From Ascoidea asiatica JCM 7603 (taxonomy: Eukaryota; Fungi; Ascomycota), in contig BCKQ01000003.1 in NCBI GenBank assembly GCA_001600695.1, positions 1,090,654 to 1,154,653 of the forward strand: a stretch of DNA of 64,000 bases, in the 5' to 3' direction. Made by a program: the position numbers and the translations under genes. The notes below the pieces were generated by a model. That model was not told the origin of the DNA. It saw only the letters and a program-made list of their open reading frames with translations, and did no database searches. Positions 11,046 to 24,192 of the stretch are shown one piece after another. Within the stretch, counting starts at the first letter, position 1; the number at the start of each line of letters is the position of its first letter.

Positions 11046-14000
11046 ACTTGGTGAACTTAGTTTATTATTTCCAAATTTAGTATTTCTGATAATAAAGGTC
11101 TATTATTACTTGTTTTGATATGTTATTACTCTAGTAATGAATTGAGTATTGAAGTGAATGTTACACTACTTGAAACATTGAAAATTCTTCAAAATTCTTT
11201 AAAATTCTTTAAAAATTCTTTACAATTTCTTTACAATTTCTTTACAATTCCTGAAAGAACAATTTCAGAAAGAACTATTAATCATTTAGACTAATAAAAC
11301 TTTTGAATACAAAACGTTGAATAGAATATTTTTTTAATTGTAATTCTAACCTGAATAACTTGAATAACATGTTAATTTTAATATGTTAATTTTTCATTTT
11401 GAACCATTTTTTTTGACCGTTGGACATTTCAATACAACTTTTAATATTTATCGAACAGTAAAAGAATAATATGCAAAATATGCTGCCTTATTATAAAAAT
11501 GAATACTTATCAACATATTATTATTCAAGTTATAGTGGCAGATGTAACGTTATCTTACTTTATTAATTCATTATTTATTCAATATATATAAATAGGAGTT
11601 CCTCAGGTCTGGTCTCAATTTTCACTTTACTTTTTATTTGTGGCTTTACCACAAAACTTTAACTAATTTTTTTTTTTTATTTCGAATTATTCTGTAAAAG
11701 ACAATAAAACACAGCAAGTATTGAAAGTAATTTATGTGAGATTGATTCATTTCATTCACTGCCACTGCCACTGCCACTGACAATCCTGAAACATTTTGAA
11801 ACTTTTGAAACTTTTGAATTCCTCCTTTTGAATTTCTCCTTTTTATGAAAATTCCTCCATCGGTAAGTTAACTAAATATTATATAATATTCCATGTATTA
11901 TTCATTCTCGGTTCCTTTTTAGTTTTGTTTTTCCTCCCATTTATACAACACCTAACCGCATTTTATTTCCTACTCATGTTTCCAGAACATAGACTAGTAA
12001 CAATAGCTTAGCTAAATAAAAACTGAAAAAACCCTTAATAAAAGAAACATTAAATGATTATGTAATCATTTAATAATCTTATGGGAATATGAATTCAGCC
12101 CTTTTTAACAGGTATTCATATTCTTAAATATATAATTATTATAAAAATTTATAATAATTTTTATAAAACTTCAAGTAAAACTGAAATAAAAGATGAAATA
12201 AAACTAAAATTAAATTGAAATGAATGAAAATAACCATAATTGTCTTCTTTTACCAATTATAATAATAATAAATTTTATAATATTTATAAATTAGTCTATT
12301 ATTTACCTGAAATTCCGATAAATAAACTGTAACTTATATTCAATTTTAAAATTTTGATTTACTATTTAACCGATCAATCCATATTCTTTTATTCATTCAC
12401 TATTATCTTTGTATTTATATTATATTTTGACTTCGATATCTTATTATTATTATTACACTAGTAATAGCAAAAGTAAATTTGATTTTCCTTTTCTTTTCTT
12501 TTCTTTTCTTTTTTTTCATTTCTTGAAAATTTCCTCCATTTTAAACATAAACAATATAAACATTAAGTCCTCTCAGGTACTATTCATCATAATAAATGTC
12601 AATTAATTTTATTCAATCATCTTATTATTCAAAATTTCAAGACATTTTCCATTTTATTTTTCACTTATTTTTCACTTATTTTTCAAATCATCTTCTTTTT
12701 ACCAAAGAAATAAACATTATTATTTATGACTCGATCTCATAATCACTTTCTTTCACTAAATATTTTTTATATTTTTTAAGAAAAAGGACCTTAAATAATT
12801 TAAAATAGTTCAATACCTAAAGTTACTTAATACATATTTCAATACATATTTCAATCCTTTTTTTGTTCTTTTGTTCTTTTGATTTGAAAACTACAGTAAT
12901 ACTCTATAAATATATTCTTTCTTCAATTAATTTCAAATTCATTCATTTGACACTTCAAAAAAGAAAACTTTCAATTTACCTTTATCTTTATCTCTCTATC
13001 TTTAAAATTGTAATAAATAATTTACAAATTTTATGGACTTTATATAATATTTCATAACTTTATAACCTCATAACTTCTTAACTTCTTAACTTCTTAACTT
13101 CATAACTTTATATCTTTTCTACTTTTCTACTTTTCAACTTTTTAATTCTAAAAACTTTTTTTATACTAAAATTACTTTAATTAATAACATTCTAAAACTT
13201 GTATTTATATTATAAAATAAATTTGCCTTAATTTAAATTTAACTTACATACACAATACTATTACTCTACAGTAATTTTTAAAATATAAATTATAAATTAT
13301 TCCTCAATTTTTTTAAAACTCTTTTTTTAAAAATTCTTCTTTCAAATTCTTTTTGATAACAAATTTTATTTTCTTCTTCTTTTTATTCAGCTTATTCTAC
13401 TTATTCTTCTTTTTTTAATACATATTTTTCTAATTTTTTTCAAACTTATATAATATTCTGTATATTCTGTATATTTTATATATTCTATATATTCTATACT
13501 CTATATTCTATATATTCTATATATTCTATATAGTCTGTATTCTGTACTGTATATTAATAAACGTACAATTCAAAATAATTGTTTACATTCTAATCTATTT
13601 CAAATTATTATTTTCTTATTAACTTTATCAAAAAGAAGTTATACAAAAGTTATATAAAAGTTACAGAAAAACTTATCTTTATTATAAAAAATTTGTATAA
13701 TATAATATTCAAATACATTATCAATTGAAAAGTTCACTTAAATTCACTTCACTTTAGTTCACTTTACTTTAACTCAATAATTAAATAATTAAATAATTAA
13801 ATAATTAAATATTTCAATATTTCAGGAAATTTTCTTTTCAATTTTTTTTTCACTTTTTTTTTGTTCTTTTCTTTCTTTCTCATTAATTATTATCATATTT
13901 GATTTTGATTCAAATAGAATTCAAATAATATATTTAATATATTCACTTCTATTCAATTACATTTTAATTCATGTTATTTAATGTTAAATAATCTAAAATA

Positions 14001-14250
14001 ATCTAAAATAATTTAAAATAATTTAAAATAATTTAAAATAATTTTAAATAATCTAAAATAACTTAAATTTATTATATCAATATAATAAATATAAATATAA
14101 TTTCCTTAAGATTAAAAATTTCCATTCAATTAATCTAAAAAATCAATCAATCAATCAATCAACAAATCAAATGCTTAGTATTGAAAGGGTCTATAATAAT
14201 AATAATAATAAAACAAATAATAGTATATTTTCATCAAATTATTTAGTTCA

Positions 14251-15357
14251 ATGTCTTCTAATTTTAAACGTTCATATGGAGCAAATTTAAATCTGAATTT
14301 TACTCAAAAGAAAAATCAAAATCAAAACCAAAATCAAATTACAAATCAAAATCAAAATTTCATTCAAAATACTAATCAAAAGATTTCATCAATAAATCCA
14401 GTCTTAAGAAATTCATTCTCAACTCAAAATTTAAATCAATATATTAGTGATCAATATAATTGTAATTTTAAAGATTGTGAAAGCAATAGAAAATTTCAAA
14501 ATGAAAAACAATTAAAAAAACATAATTATGATTGTCATGATAATATATTTTTTTGTACTTTATGTTGTGATAAATTTCCAAGAAATGATAATTGTAGAAG
14601 ACATATTAATATGAAACATAAAATTCAACTTTTTCAAGGTATTAAAAAATATGAATTGATTGATGCTTATGTTTTAAGAATCAAAAGAAAAGATATATCT
14701 TCAGTTAATAAACTGTTTCATAATGTTCAAAATGAAATGAAAAAATATATTCTGAAATATAATCATGAACTGAATTTATTAATAAATGAAAATTTAAATT
14801 CAATTTCAAATGAAATCAAAAATAATTCAAATAATTCTTTAATTTATAATAGTAATAATATTAATCTCAATTCAAATATCAAAAAAAATATTGATAATCC
14901 AAATCAAAATCTATTATTCAATCAAAATCAGTCTTTGAATCCAAATTTATTACATTCTCATACTTCTACAAGAACTCTACGTCCAATGCAATCAATGAAT
15001 TGTCTTAGTTTATCAGAAACTCGTAATAAAAGCAAATCCATTTCTTTTAATGGAATCAATAATATTAACAACAACAATAATAACAACAATAATAATAATC
15101 CGATTCTTCCAAGAATGCCTCAATTGGAAAGAAAAGCAAGTTTTTATCCAATTAATTTTCAATCACCAAATCCAATGATGGAACAACAATCAAATTCATT
15201 TGGATTAAATGTTTCATATCATAATACTTATAGTCCAAGTTCAAAACCTTCAATGATAAATCTCTCAGGAAATAATTCTAGTTCAGGAAACAGTAATTTC
15301 AGACTACCTTCAATAGCTGATCTTCAATTACCTTCATTTGAAAATGATAGAAAATAA
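14251..15357 (+). CDS. Two-finger C2H2 zinc-finger transcription factor, probable repressor
   Basis: YNCNFKDCESNRKFQNEKQLKKHNYDCH and FFCTLCCDKFPRNDNCRRHINMKH; C-terminal FRLPSIADLQLP resembles the LP-S/P-I motifs of fungal repressors. Confidence 0.8.
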   Translation: MSSNFKRSYGANLNLNFTQKKNQNQNQNQITNQNQNFIQNTNQKISSINPVLRNSFSTQNLNQYISDQYNCNFKDCESNRKFQNEKQLKKHNYDCHDNIFFCTLCCDKFPRNDNCRRHINMKHKIQLFQGIKKYELIDAYVLRIKRKDISSVNKLFHNVQNEMKKYILKYNHELNLLINENLNSISNEIKNNSNNSLIYNSNNINLNSNIKKNIDNPNQNLLFNQNQSLNPNLLHSHTSTRTLRPMQSMNCLSLSETRNKSKSISFNGINNINNNNNNNNNNNPILPRMPQLERKASFYPINFQSPNPMMEQQSNSFGLNVSYHNTYSPSSKPSMINLSGNNSSSGNSNFRLPSIADLQLPSFENDRK

Positions 15358-15811
15358 TCAAAAAATGAATTTCCTCCATTGTATTTTAAAACTATGAATA
15401 ATCATTCTTTATTTTCTCTCTATCAATAATCATTTTTAAAAATTCATTGTTTTTTTTTTTGTACTTTTGTCTTTTGTCTTTTCTCTTTTGTTTTCGCTTT
15501 TCTGCTTCAAAATTAAAATTATAGATAAAGTTCATTAAATCATCTTTTTTTTTTTTTTCCATCTTATTTTTCAATGTGTTTCATTTCGTTTAGTTTAGGT
15601 CTTTTATTGTTCTTCAGTATTTTGTTTAATTTTTATTTTTTAACTTCACATTTTTTTTAAAAATTAGTATAGTATAGTATAGTTTCTTTTTCATTTAATT
15701 AACATTTATTTCAAAAAATATGCATTAAATTTATTTTATTTATCATTATTATTTTCTTTTTTTTCATCTCGATGTAATTGTATTATTATTTAGTATATAT
15801 TAATTAAAATT

Positions 15812-16948
15812 TTAAAAAATAGATTTTTGTTCAGGTACAATTGAATTAACTTTACCAGTTTCTATAAAAGATTTAATATTATTTACAATAAATTCTTCCA
15901 TTTTTTTCATTGTTTGAAAAGTATGAGTTCCCATATGTGGTAATGAAACACAATTTGGTAAAGAAATTAAATCTTTATTAACATTAAAAGGTTCATTTTC
16001 AAAAACATCTAAACCACAACTATAAATTTTACCAGATTTTAAATTTTCAATTAAAGCTAATTCATCAATAATTGGACCTCTTGCAGTATTAATAATTATT
16101 ACACCATTTTTCATTTTTGAAATTGTTTCATTATTAATTATATGAAAAGTATTTTTATTTAAAGGTATATTAATTGAAATAATATCTGAATTTTTAATTA
16201 AATCATCAAAAGATGTATAATTTGAATCTTTTTCTAAATCTGGTGATAATCTATTTCTATTATGATATAAAATTTTTTTAAAACCAAATGGTTGTAATCT
16301 ATCACGTACAGCTCTACCAATACCACCATTACCTAAAATACCAATAGTTAAACCACTTGGATCAAAACCAATTGGAGAATTTGCAGTTGGAGCACCATTA
16401 CATTTAACCCAATTATTTTTTAATAAATTTTCATGACCAATTTGAAAATTTCTCATTGCAGATAATAATAAATAAATATGAGTATTTGCAGTTGCTTCAT
16501 TAACTAAATTTGGTATATTTGAAACTTGAATTTTTCTTTCAGAAAAACTTGGAACATCAATTTGATCATAACCTGCACCATTATGAATAATTGCTTTTAA
16601 AGTAGATGGGAAATAATTTAATAATTCATTATCAAATTTACCTAATTGTCTACCAGTATCTAAAGTTCTTGTAATTATATTAATATCACTGAAATCTTTA
16701 TTATTTTTCAAATCATTTATAAAATCTGATCTTTTATAATTTTCATCAATTGTTGGTAATTGAATTACAGTTGCTTTATCATTTAAAGTATCCCAACTTT
16801 CTTGAGCAAATTTTACTGGACCAATTCTTAAAATCTTTGATTTTTTTGAAATTTGATTATTTGACATTATTGAAGTTGAAAATAAGTTTTTTGAAATAAA
16901 TTTTGATGAATTTAAGTTTAGTTTAGATTTAAATAAGTTTAGTGACAT
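15812..16948 (-). CDS. GOR1: Glyoxylate reductase / D-isomer-specific 2-hydroxyacid dehydrogenase with mitochondrial presequence
   Basis: HNGAGYDQID, Rossmann GILGNGGIG, INTARG, GLDVFENEP, LPHMGTHT; basic Ser-rich N-terminus. Confidence 0.88.
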   Translation of the reverse strand: MSLNLFKSKLNLNSSKFISKNLFSTSIMSNNQISKKSKILRIGPVKFAQESWDTLNDKATVIQLPTIDENYKRSDFINDLKNNKDFSDINIITRTLDTGRQLGKFDNELLNYFPSTLKAIIHNGAGYDQIDVPSFSERKIQVSNIPNLVNEATANTHIYLLLSAMRNFQIGHENLLKNNWVKCNGAPTANSPIGFDPSGLTIGILGNGGIGRAVRDRLQPFGFKKILYHNRNRLSPDLEKDSNYTSFDDLIKNSDIISINIPLNKNTFHIINNETISKMKNGVIIINTARGPIIDELALIENLKSGKIYSCGLDVFENEPFNVNKDLISLPNCVSLPHMGTHTFQTMKKMEEFIVNNIKSFIETGKVNSIVPEQKSIF

Positions 16949-17796
16949 TTTAAAAAGAATGAATATATATACAGTATATGAATAAATTGAAAGATATTTA
17001 TATCAAAAAAAAAAAGTATCAATGTTTAATTTTGGAGAATATGAGCTAAATTATCGTAGAATATTGCAACTTCACTAAGGGCAAAAGAAAAGAAGAAGAA
17101 GAAGCAATATTGGCAATAGTCTTATCAGTTTTACTAGTGGAATATTTTATATTATTTTTCCTAAGGAATGTTATCAAACATTAAAAACAAATAACTTTTT
17201 TATGAAAGTTTGATAAAAAGATAAAGGTTTTTTTAGTTTATTTGTGATTGAGATCGTTGTTTCCCAGTTTTTTGACCTAAAAATGGGTAAAAGTCGTAGC
17301 GAGACTCCACCGAGTCGGATCGAGTCGGATATGAGACCAAAACCCCCGGAGAAGTATGCTGAATAAGGAAAGTTATCGGAAGTGTACCGGAAGTTCACCT
17401 GCAGAAAGAATAGCCCCTGCAGCAAAAACACCGGCCCGAGGACATAATTGCCATCACCTAGTCAATCATCAGCCACTTTTATTTTTATTTTTCCAGGGTC
17501 AGGAACTGTCCGCCAGTTATGGAAATGAAAACGGAAACGGAAACTGACACAGGAAATTGGAAAATAAAAAAAGAAGTACCATAATTTTGGTCTTACTTTA
17601 TTCCAAGTCACCTGATGTAAATAGCACCAGTTTTGTGGATTTTATGAATGGAATTTTAGCTGCGGATATTTACTATGGAATTAGATATTTATGTACGGAT
17701 CTGCTTTGCTCTTATATAATCCGCACTCTTTTCTGCCAATTTTTAACTGTTGACTGTTAATTGTTAACTGAGCAGTTTGTTGATGAAGCTATTTTT

Positions 17797-17805
17797 ATTG
17801 CCACT
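17797..17805 (-). promoter_or_regulatory. PACE-like (Rpn4) element AGTGGCAAT upstream of RPN12
   Basis: Core GTGGCAA ~150 bp upstream of a proteasome subunit ATG. Confidence 0.55.
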
Positions 17806-17949
17806 GATAAATAAAAGGATTTGATTAATGAATGTATTAATGTATTATTTATTGAATACTATTATTGTAAAATTATTAATCCATTAAACAATCAAATCAA
17901 GATAAGTTACAATAAGAATCACCATTATTATCCCAATTAGAATCTAGAT

Positions 17950-19014
17950 ATGTCACTTAATACTCTTACACCAAAATTAAAAAAATATTTTGATGAAGAA
18001 AATTATCAAGAATGTTTAAATTTATTACCAAAAATTAAATTAGAATTAGCAAAACATAATTTATTAGTACCAATTTCAAATAAAAATTCAAAATTAAAAG
18101 TCAATGTTGAAGATTTAGTTGTAACAAGATATATTTTAGAAATTGGTGCATTATCTGCAATTAATTTAAAACAATATAAAATTTTTCAAAATTTTATTTA
18201 TCAATTAAAACCATTTTATAAAAATGTTGATAATAATATTAAAAATTTAAATAATAAATCTCCAAATAAAAATAAATTAATGTCTTTATATCTTTTATTA
18301 TTATTAACAAAAGGTGATATTGCAACTTTTCATATTGAATTAATTTCTTTACCAACAAGTACAAATATGGATTTAAAAGATTTAGATAATGATTTATATT
18401 TAAATTATCCAATTAAAATTGAAAGATGGTTAATGGAAGGTTCATATGATAAAATTTGGAAAATTATTAATAATAATAATGATAATAATGATAATGTTAA
18501 TTTTAAAGAATTTCAATTATTTAATGAAAATTTAATTAAAGCAATTAGAATTGAAATTATAAATTGTATGGAATTAACTTATAAAAATTTACCAATTTCA
18601 AATATTAAAAATTTATTATTTTTAAAAAATGAAATTGAAACAATTAATTTAATTAATAATGAAACAAATTGGGTTATTAATTATAATACAAAAATTGTAA
18701 ATTTTAAATCAAAAAATTCATTAAAAAATAATAATTCTAAAAAAAATATATCTGAAGAAGATATTGATAATGATAATGAATATGAAATTAATAATAATAA
18801 TAAAAGAATAAAGCTTAGTAATAATAAAGGTGAGGATGAAGATTTAGATTTAGATTTAGAAATAGATAAAGAAGATGAAGACGAGGATGTAGATGATGAT
18901 GAAGACGATGATGAATTATTGGAAGGTGATAAATCTGAAAAGAAATTAACGCCAAATTTCCGTTTAATTAAAAATTCACTTTTATTTGCAAGACAAATGG
19001 AAACTATTGTATAA
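17950..19014 (+). CDS. RPN12: 26S proteasome lid subunit Rpn12
   Basis: ILEIGALSAI, LYLLLLLTKGDIATFHIEL, YPIKIERWLMEGSYDKIW, C-terminal FARQMETIV; extra acidic insertion before the last helix. Confidence 0.93.
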   Translation: MSLNTLTPKLKKYFDEENYQECLNLLPKIKLELAKHNLLVPISNKNSKLKVNVEDLVVTRYILEIGALSAINLKQYKIFQNFIYQLKPFYKNVDNNIKNLNNKSPNKNKLMSLYLLLLLTKGDIATFHIELISLPTSTNMDLKDLDNDLYLNYPIKIERWLMEGSYDKIWKIINNNNDNNDNVNFKEFQLFNENLIKAIRIEIINCMELTYKNLPISNIKNLLFLKNEIETINLINNETNWVINYNTKIVNFKSKNSLKNNNSKKNISEEDIDNDNEYEINNNNKRIKLSNNKGEDEDLDLDLEIDKEDEDEDVDDDEDDDELLEGDKSEKKLTPNFRLIKNSLLFARQMETIV

Positions 19015-19065
19015 TTTATATCCTATATAATGTATAATGTATATATATATATATTTATATAAATA

Positions 19066-20007
19066 TCATTCAAGACAAGTATAAAAATTTTTATAAGAAT
19101 TATCTAAATCAAATAATAATTGACGAATTTCTTCATCATTTAATTCATCATTTACATTCATATGATTTAATTTAATTAACCAATTAATTAAATCTTGTCT
19201 ACCTTGAAAATCTAATTTATGTTTCGGTTTATCATCTTTATTGTCATCTTTATTACCATTATCGTTTTCTTCTTGATTACTTTCTTCTTCTTCAACTTCA
19301 TCATCAGTTCCTAGGATATTATTAATTGAGGTTACAAGATCCGAGAGTAATGGATATAATTGATCCTTTGCTTTATAATTCAATTTCAAAGCATCCATAC
19401 AAGTTATAAAATTACCAGTAGCTTCCGCCACTGCTCTTGAAGATATATTATTTGTATTTGAAGTGATGTTTGGAGTGGTGTTGCTATTAGTTTTAGGAGT
19501 AGTATCTGTATTGGTATCAGTACTAGGAGCACTATTATTATTTATATCTAATTGATGCTCAAGAGTTGCAGGTACACCAATTTCAATTCTTGAAGTTGCT
19601 AATGGACAATTAATTCTATAAATTTTCTTAAAATGATTTAAATCTATAAACTCATTTTTAATTGTTTCATTTTTTAAAATTATATTAAATTGATTTAATA
19701 ATCTTAAAACTGTAGGAGTATAATTATCTAAATTTTTCTCAATTTTATTACCATTACTATCAAAATCTATAAATTTTTTAATTAATTTATCTTTTAAATA
19801 TAATTTTTCTAAATATTCCAATGTTAATATTATTGAATACAATTCTGCTAAAGTTTCATATTTTTCTCTTTGATTGAAATTTGATGAATTATAAAGTGAA
19901 ATTTCTTTATCTAAATTAACATTTGAAAGTAATTTATTTGATTGTATTAAATTATAAGTTGGATTTTGAACCGTCGACACTGGTGCATAAGGAGGAGGTA
20001 ATCCCAT
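19066..20007 (-). CDS. VPS28: ESCRT-I subunit Vps28
   Basis: REKYETLAELYSIILTLEYLEKLYLKD, VAEATGNFITCMDALKLNYKAKDQLYPLLSDL, IRQLLFDLDNSY. Confidence 0.95.
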   Translation of the reverse strand: MGLPPPYAPVSTVQNPTYNLIQSNKLLSNVNLDKEISLYNSSNFNQREKYETLAELYSIILTLEYLEKLYLKDKLIKKFIDFDSNGNKIEKNLDNYTPTVLRLLNQFNIILKNETIKNEFIDLNHFKKIYRINCPLATSRIEIGVPATLEHQLDINNNSAPSTDTNTDTTPKTNSNTTPNITSNTNNISSRAVAEATGNFITCMDALKLNYKAKDQLYPLLSDLVTSINNILGTDDEVEEEESNQEENDNGNKDDNKDDKPKHKLDFQGRQDLINWLIKLNHMNVNDELNDEEIRQLLFDLDNSYKNFYTCLE

Positions 20008-21037
20008 TTCTATATCTACTTATCTCTATGTAGTTCTATCTATATCTTTACTGTTATATCTTTTGGCTATTATCTGATAAGAGACTGAATCAGAATCATC
20101 AAAAACTGCTTATTCTTCTTCTTCTTCTTCTGTTATTAGACCTTCTTTTGTGTTTATCAAAAGATAAGAAATACATACCACATGATTCAAATCATGTCGC
20201 CAATTGAGTGGGTCTCTCCGTCTTTGTTTTTCAAATCCGCGGCTCGTCTAAACCACGGAGCCTCGTTCTTGCTCCGGCTGCCAACCACCGGCGCTTAGTC
20301 GAGCTCCTTCGGCTGCTGGCAATTGAAAAGGCTTGCTCCAAAACTTCTCAAATTTGCTAACATTTGATAGTTTTGTATGTCGAGGAACAACTCCATTGAA
20401 AAGTACCTTTAATTCTCATACAAAATATGGAAAAAATGGAAAATATATAGAAAATATACAAAAAACACTGTAAAAGTTATGAAAGATGTAGAATATATTA
20501 CTAATATTCTTTATAAAATATATATCATTCAATTCAATTCATTTAATAAACTTGTCGAGTCTGTATAAATCTGCAATTTCTATCTTCGATACAGTAAATT
20601 TCTCTCTTTAACAATTATTTTATTGAGAATTTTAAATGAAAATCTTGAATTGAATTCTTTTATTTTTTATCAATTATTATTAAATCATTAATTTTTATAT
20701 AATAAAAAAAATTTTAATATCTTTTTGTCTTATATTTAATCTTATAATATTATACATTAATCTATTCTCCTTGATTATCCTTGATATTTTTTGATCTCTT
20801 TATTATCTCTTACTTCTTTTTTAATTCTCTTTCAATTCTCTTTTAATTCTCATTGATTATCTTTCTTTTTCTTGATTTACTAATTAATTTATTAAATAAA
20901 CTGAAATCCATCAAAAATAATTCAAATTCATTAACAAAATCAAATCAATTAATCAATTTTATATAATATAAGATATTTTAAATACAATATAATACAATTC
21001 ATATAATATAATTCTTTACATATTATTATAAATTATT

Positions 21038-21533
21038 ATGCCACCAAATGAACCATTTATTGTTAATTTAGGTGCTTCAAATCATTCTTTAGTTAGAGGT
21101 TGCCCAGGTGTACCAAAAACTTGTCCAAGAATTGAAGGTGTTTTAGAAATTAGATCAAAAGATGGTTCTCCATTTAAAATTAATAATGTATTTCTTGAAT
21201 TAAATACAATTCAATCTGTTAATAATTCAAATTCTTCTTTTACTTCAAATGAAACTTCAAAAACTTATAATAATTATTCAAATTTAATATTTAGTTCAGA
21301 TTATTTATCTAATAGTAATACCAATAATAACAATATTAATAACAATAATGAAGTTTTAGGATTAGATATACCTTTTGTGATTCCATTGATTAAAAATATT
21401 ATATCTTCTTGTAAAAATTCAAGATGGAATGCAAAAACAATTCATAATATAACAACTAAAATCTCTTGGTCAAGTAATACTTATAACAATTATAGTTCTT
21501 CATCAAGTTTATCCATTTCAAATAATAATAATA

Positions 21534-21578
<45 letters not shown>

Positions 21579-23023
21579 TATCAAATATAAATAATAATGG
21601 TAATAATGGTGATAAAAACTTATTTATTATATCATTTCCAATAATTATTAAAAGGTTTGATACTTTACCTTTATATCGCCAATATAATGAACCAATTTCA
21701 AAAACTATAATATCAAAAGATAATCAGATTTCAATAAATTATTCTTTACCAAATTCTTCAATTGGTCCAAATGATGATGTTCTTATTTATTTCAAATTAC
21801 AAAATTTAAAAGATATACAAAATAATAATTCAAATACATCATCTAATTCTGATAATAATAATAATAAAAATATAATCAAAAATGCATTTAAAAGAAAAAA
21901 TAAAATAATCAGATTAAAAAAAATTAATTGTTCAATTCAAGAAATTTTAGATTGTCATGATTGTGGTTTATTATCAAAACAAAATAAAATTTTTGAATTT
22001 AATAAAAATTTTGATCAAATTTTAACAAATTCAAATAATATAACTACTGAATTTTTATTCCAATTTCCTGATGATATTTCGATTGATATTTTAAATAGTC
22101 TTTCAAATCATAATTCTTTAACTTCAACTTTAATTAAAAAAGTTCCAAGTCAAATATCTTCTTCAAAATCAAATTTTTTAAATCAAAATATTAATATCAA
22201 TGATGATAATAATATTGATAATGATAATTATTTACCAAAAAAATTAAAAAAAAGTACAACTTTACCATCAAATTTAAATGATTATGATAATCATAATTCA
22301 AGTTCAAATTTAATATCAAATTCTAAATTTGATAAACATAAACCTTCATTATCATATTCAAATTCATATTCTTCAGGTTCAAAAACTTTTGTAACAAATA
22401 CAAAATTATTAGATGAAATTAATACTGGTATTCCAATATCTCATATGAGAGGTTTTACATCAGAAGGTAAATTATTTTCAATAAGATATGAATTAATTTT
22501 TAAATTTAAATTTTATAATCATGAAACTATTCAATTTCAACAACCAATAACTATTTGTCCATATGATAGAATTTCAAGTTCAAAATTATTAAAATGGGTT
22601 TTAAGAGAATGGGATTATGCAAATTTTGTTAATAGTACAAGATTTGTAACAAATTTTGGTAATTCAATTAATCAAAGAAGAAATACTTTTAATACATCAT
22701 CATCTTCAAATTATAATTCAAATGGTGTAAATTTTAATCAAAGTTTAAATTTTAGAAATAGTGTTTATACAACTTCAACTTTTAAAACTCAAAATCAATT
22801 TAATAATCAATTCAATAATCAATATATTGATCAATATGGTAATCAATATAATAATCAATATAATAATGAGAATGATAAAGAAAATGAATTTAATCAAAGT
22901 ATTTATCAACCAAGAGCTCCACAAATTTATAGACCAAGAAATGAAAGAGATTGGAAATTACTTGGATTATCAGAAAAAGCTCTTGGAATGCATGGAAGAT
23001 CAATTATTCATTATATTGATTAA
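21038..23023 (+). CDS. Arrestin-fold protein of the Rgl1 (S. cerevisiae) / Art1 (S. pombe) type, Rho1-GEF cofactor
   Basis: N-terminal VRGCPGVPKTCPRIEGVLEIRS, GLDIPFVIPL, IKRFDTLPLYRQYNEP, GFTSEGKLFSIRYEL, QPITICPYDR; interrupted by poly-Asn. Confidence 0.65.
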
Positions 23024-23952
23024 AAAAGAACATTTTATTATATTTTATTATATCTTTTTTTTAATTTAAATTTTGTTTTTGTTTATTGTTTGTTTTTTGT
23101 TTGTTTTTGCTTGAAGATTTACTTTTTTATTGGTATTGTTTTATAATGGCTTTTTATTTTCGAAAGTCTTTTTGATTTGTTTGTTTTTGTTAAATATCAA
23201 TTACTTCTTTTCTTTTTTGTTGCTTTAAAACTTTGGAGCTTGTGATGCTTAAGTTTTTTTTTATTTTCTTTTCTTTCTCTATCATTGATTTTGAATCCTT
23301 TTTTCGCATATCCTTTTATATATCCAAATTTTTTCTTCTTTTCTTTTCTTTTCTTTTCTTTTGTTTCCTTCTTTGCTTTTTATTGTTCTTTTTAAATATT
23401 ATTGCTTATAACTCTGGATTTTTATATATTATTATTTCGCTTTTAAATTATTGTCTTTGGCTTTCAGGATTTTTATGTTTATGTTTGTTTCAACTTTTAT
23501 TTCTTTTTTTATTTCTGATTTAAATTTTACTTTTACTTTAAGTTTTTATATATATTTAATATAATGTTTTAAAATATTAAAATATTAAATATTACGCAAA
23601 TGTTATTATATAGAATAGTAAAAAAGAGTAAGTTAAAGAATATTGATTTTATTAATTTGATTTGAAATTGGTTGATAAATAAAGATGCATTTAAGAGATA
23701 AGTTATATAAGTATAAGTATAAGTATATAGATATAGATATGTAAGAAATGAATTAGAGATGAATAATAAAAAGAATTAAATTATAAAAATAAAAAATTGA
23801 TTTGAAGTATATTTAATTATGTGATTTACATATCTTAAGTTATAGTAAGTAAGTAAGTAAATAAAAAATGATTTTTTTTTTTTAATAAGAATTGAATGAA
23901 AAATAAATGAGATTAAATAAGTTTATATATTGTAATAAAATATTATTTTATA

Positions 23953-24192
23953 TTATATTTTACATAATAAACAACGATAAGAAGTAAAACCTTTTGATTT
24001 AGTAATTTGATTATTATTTTTATAATTATTTAAAATTTGTTTTGATTTAATTGTTGGAAAAATAAATGGTGATAAATATAATAAAATTATTAAAGAATTA
24101 TAATTTTTTTTATTTAATTTAAAATTTAAATTTGAATTAAATCTTTTAAAACTATTATTTTTAATAAAAGTGAAAGAATATGTATGTGACAT
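23953..24192 (-). CDS. Putative 79-aa microprotein (basic N-terminus, one hydrophobic segment, C-terminal RCLLCK)
   Basis: True ATG, almost exclusively A/T-ending codons like neighbouring real genes, TATATAAA on the minus strand at 24347-24354, and a large promoter island upstream. Confidence 0.6.
   Translation of the reverse strand: MSHTYSFTFIKNNSFKRFNSNLNFKLNKKNYNSLIILLYLSPFIFPTIKSKQILNNYKNNNQITKSKGFTSYRCLLCKI

Noticed and set aside
14189-14223. 35-nt intron that would fuse the upstream ATG in frame to the C2H2 ORF
   Set aside because: Non-consensus donor (GTCTAT), no branch point, too short.
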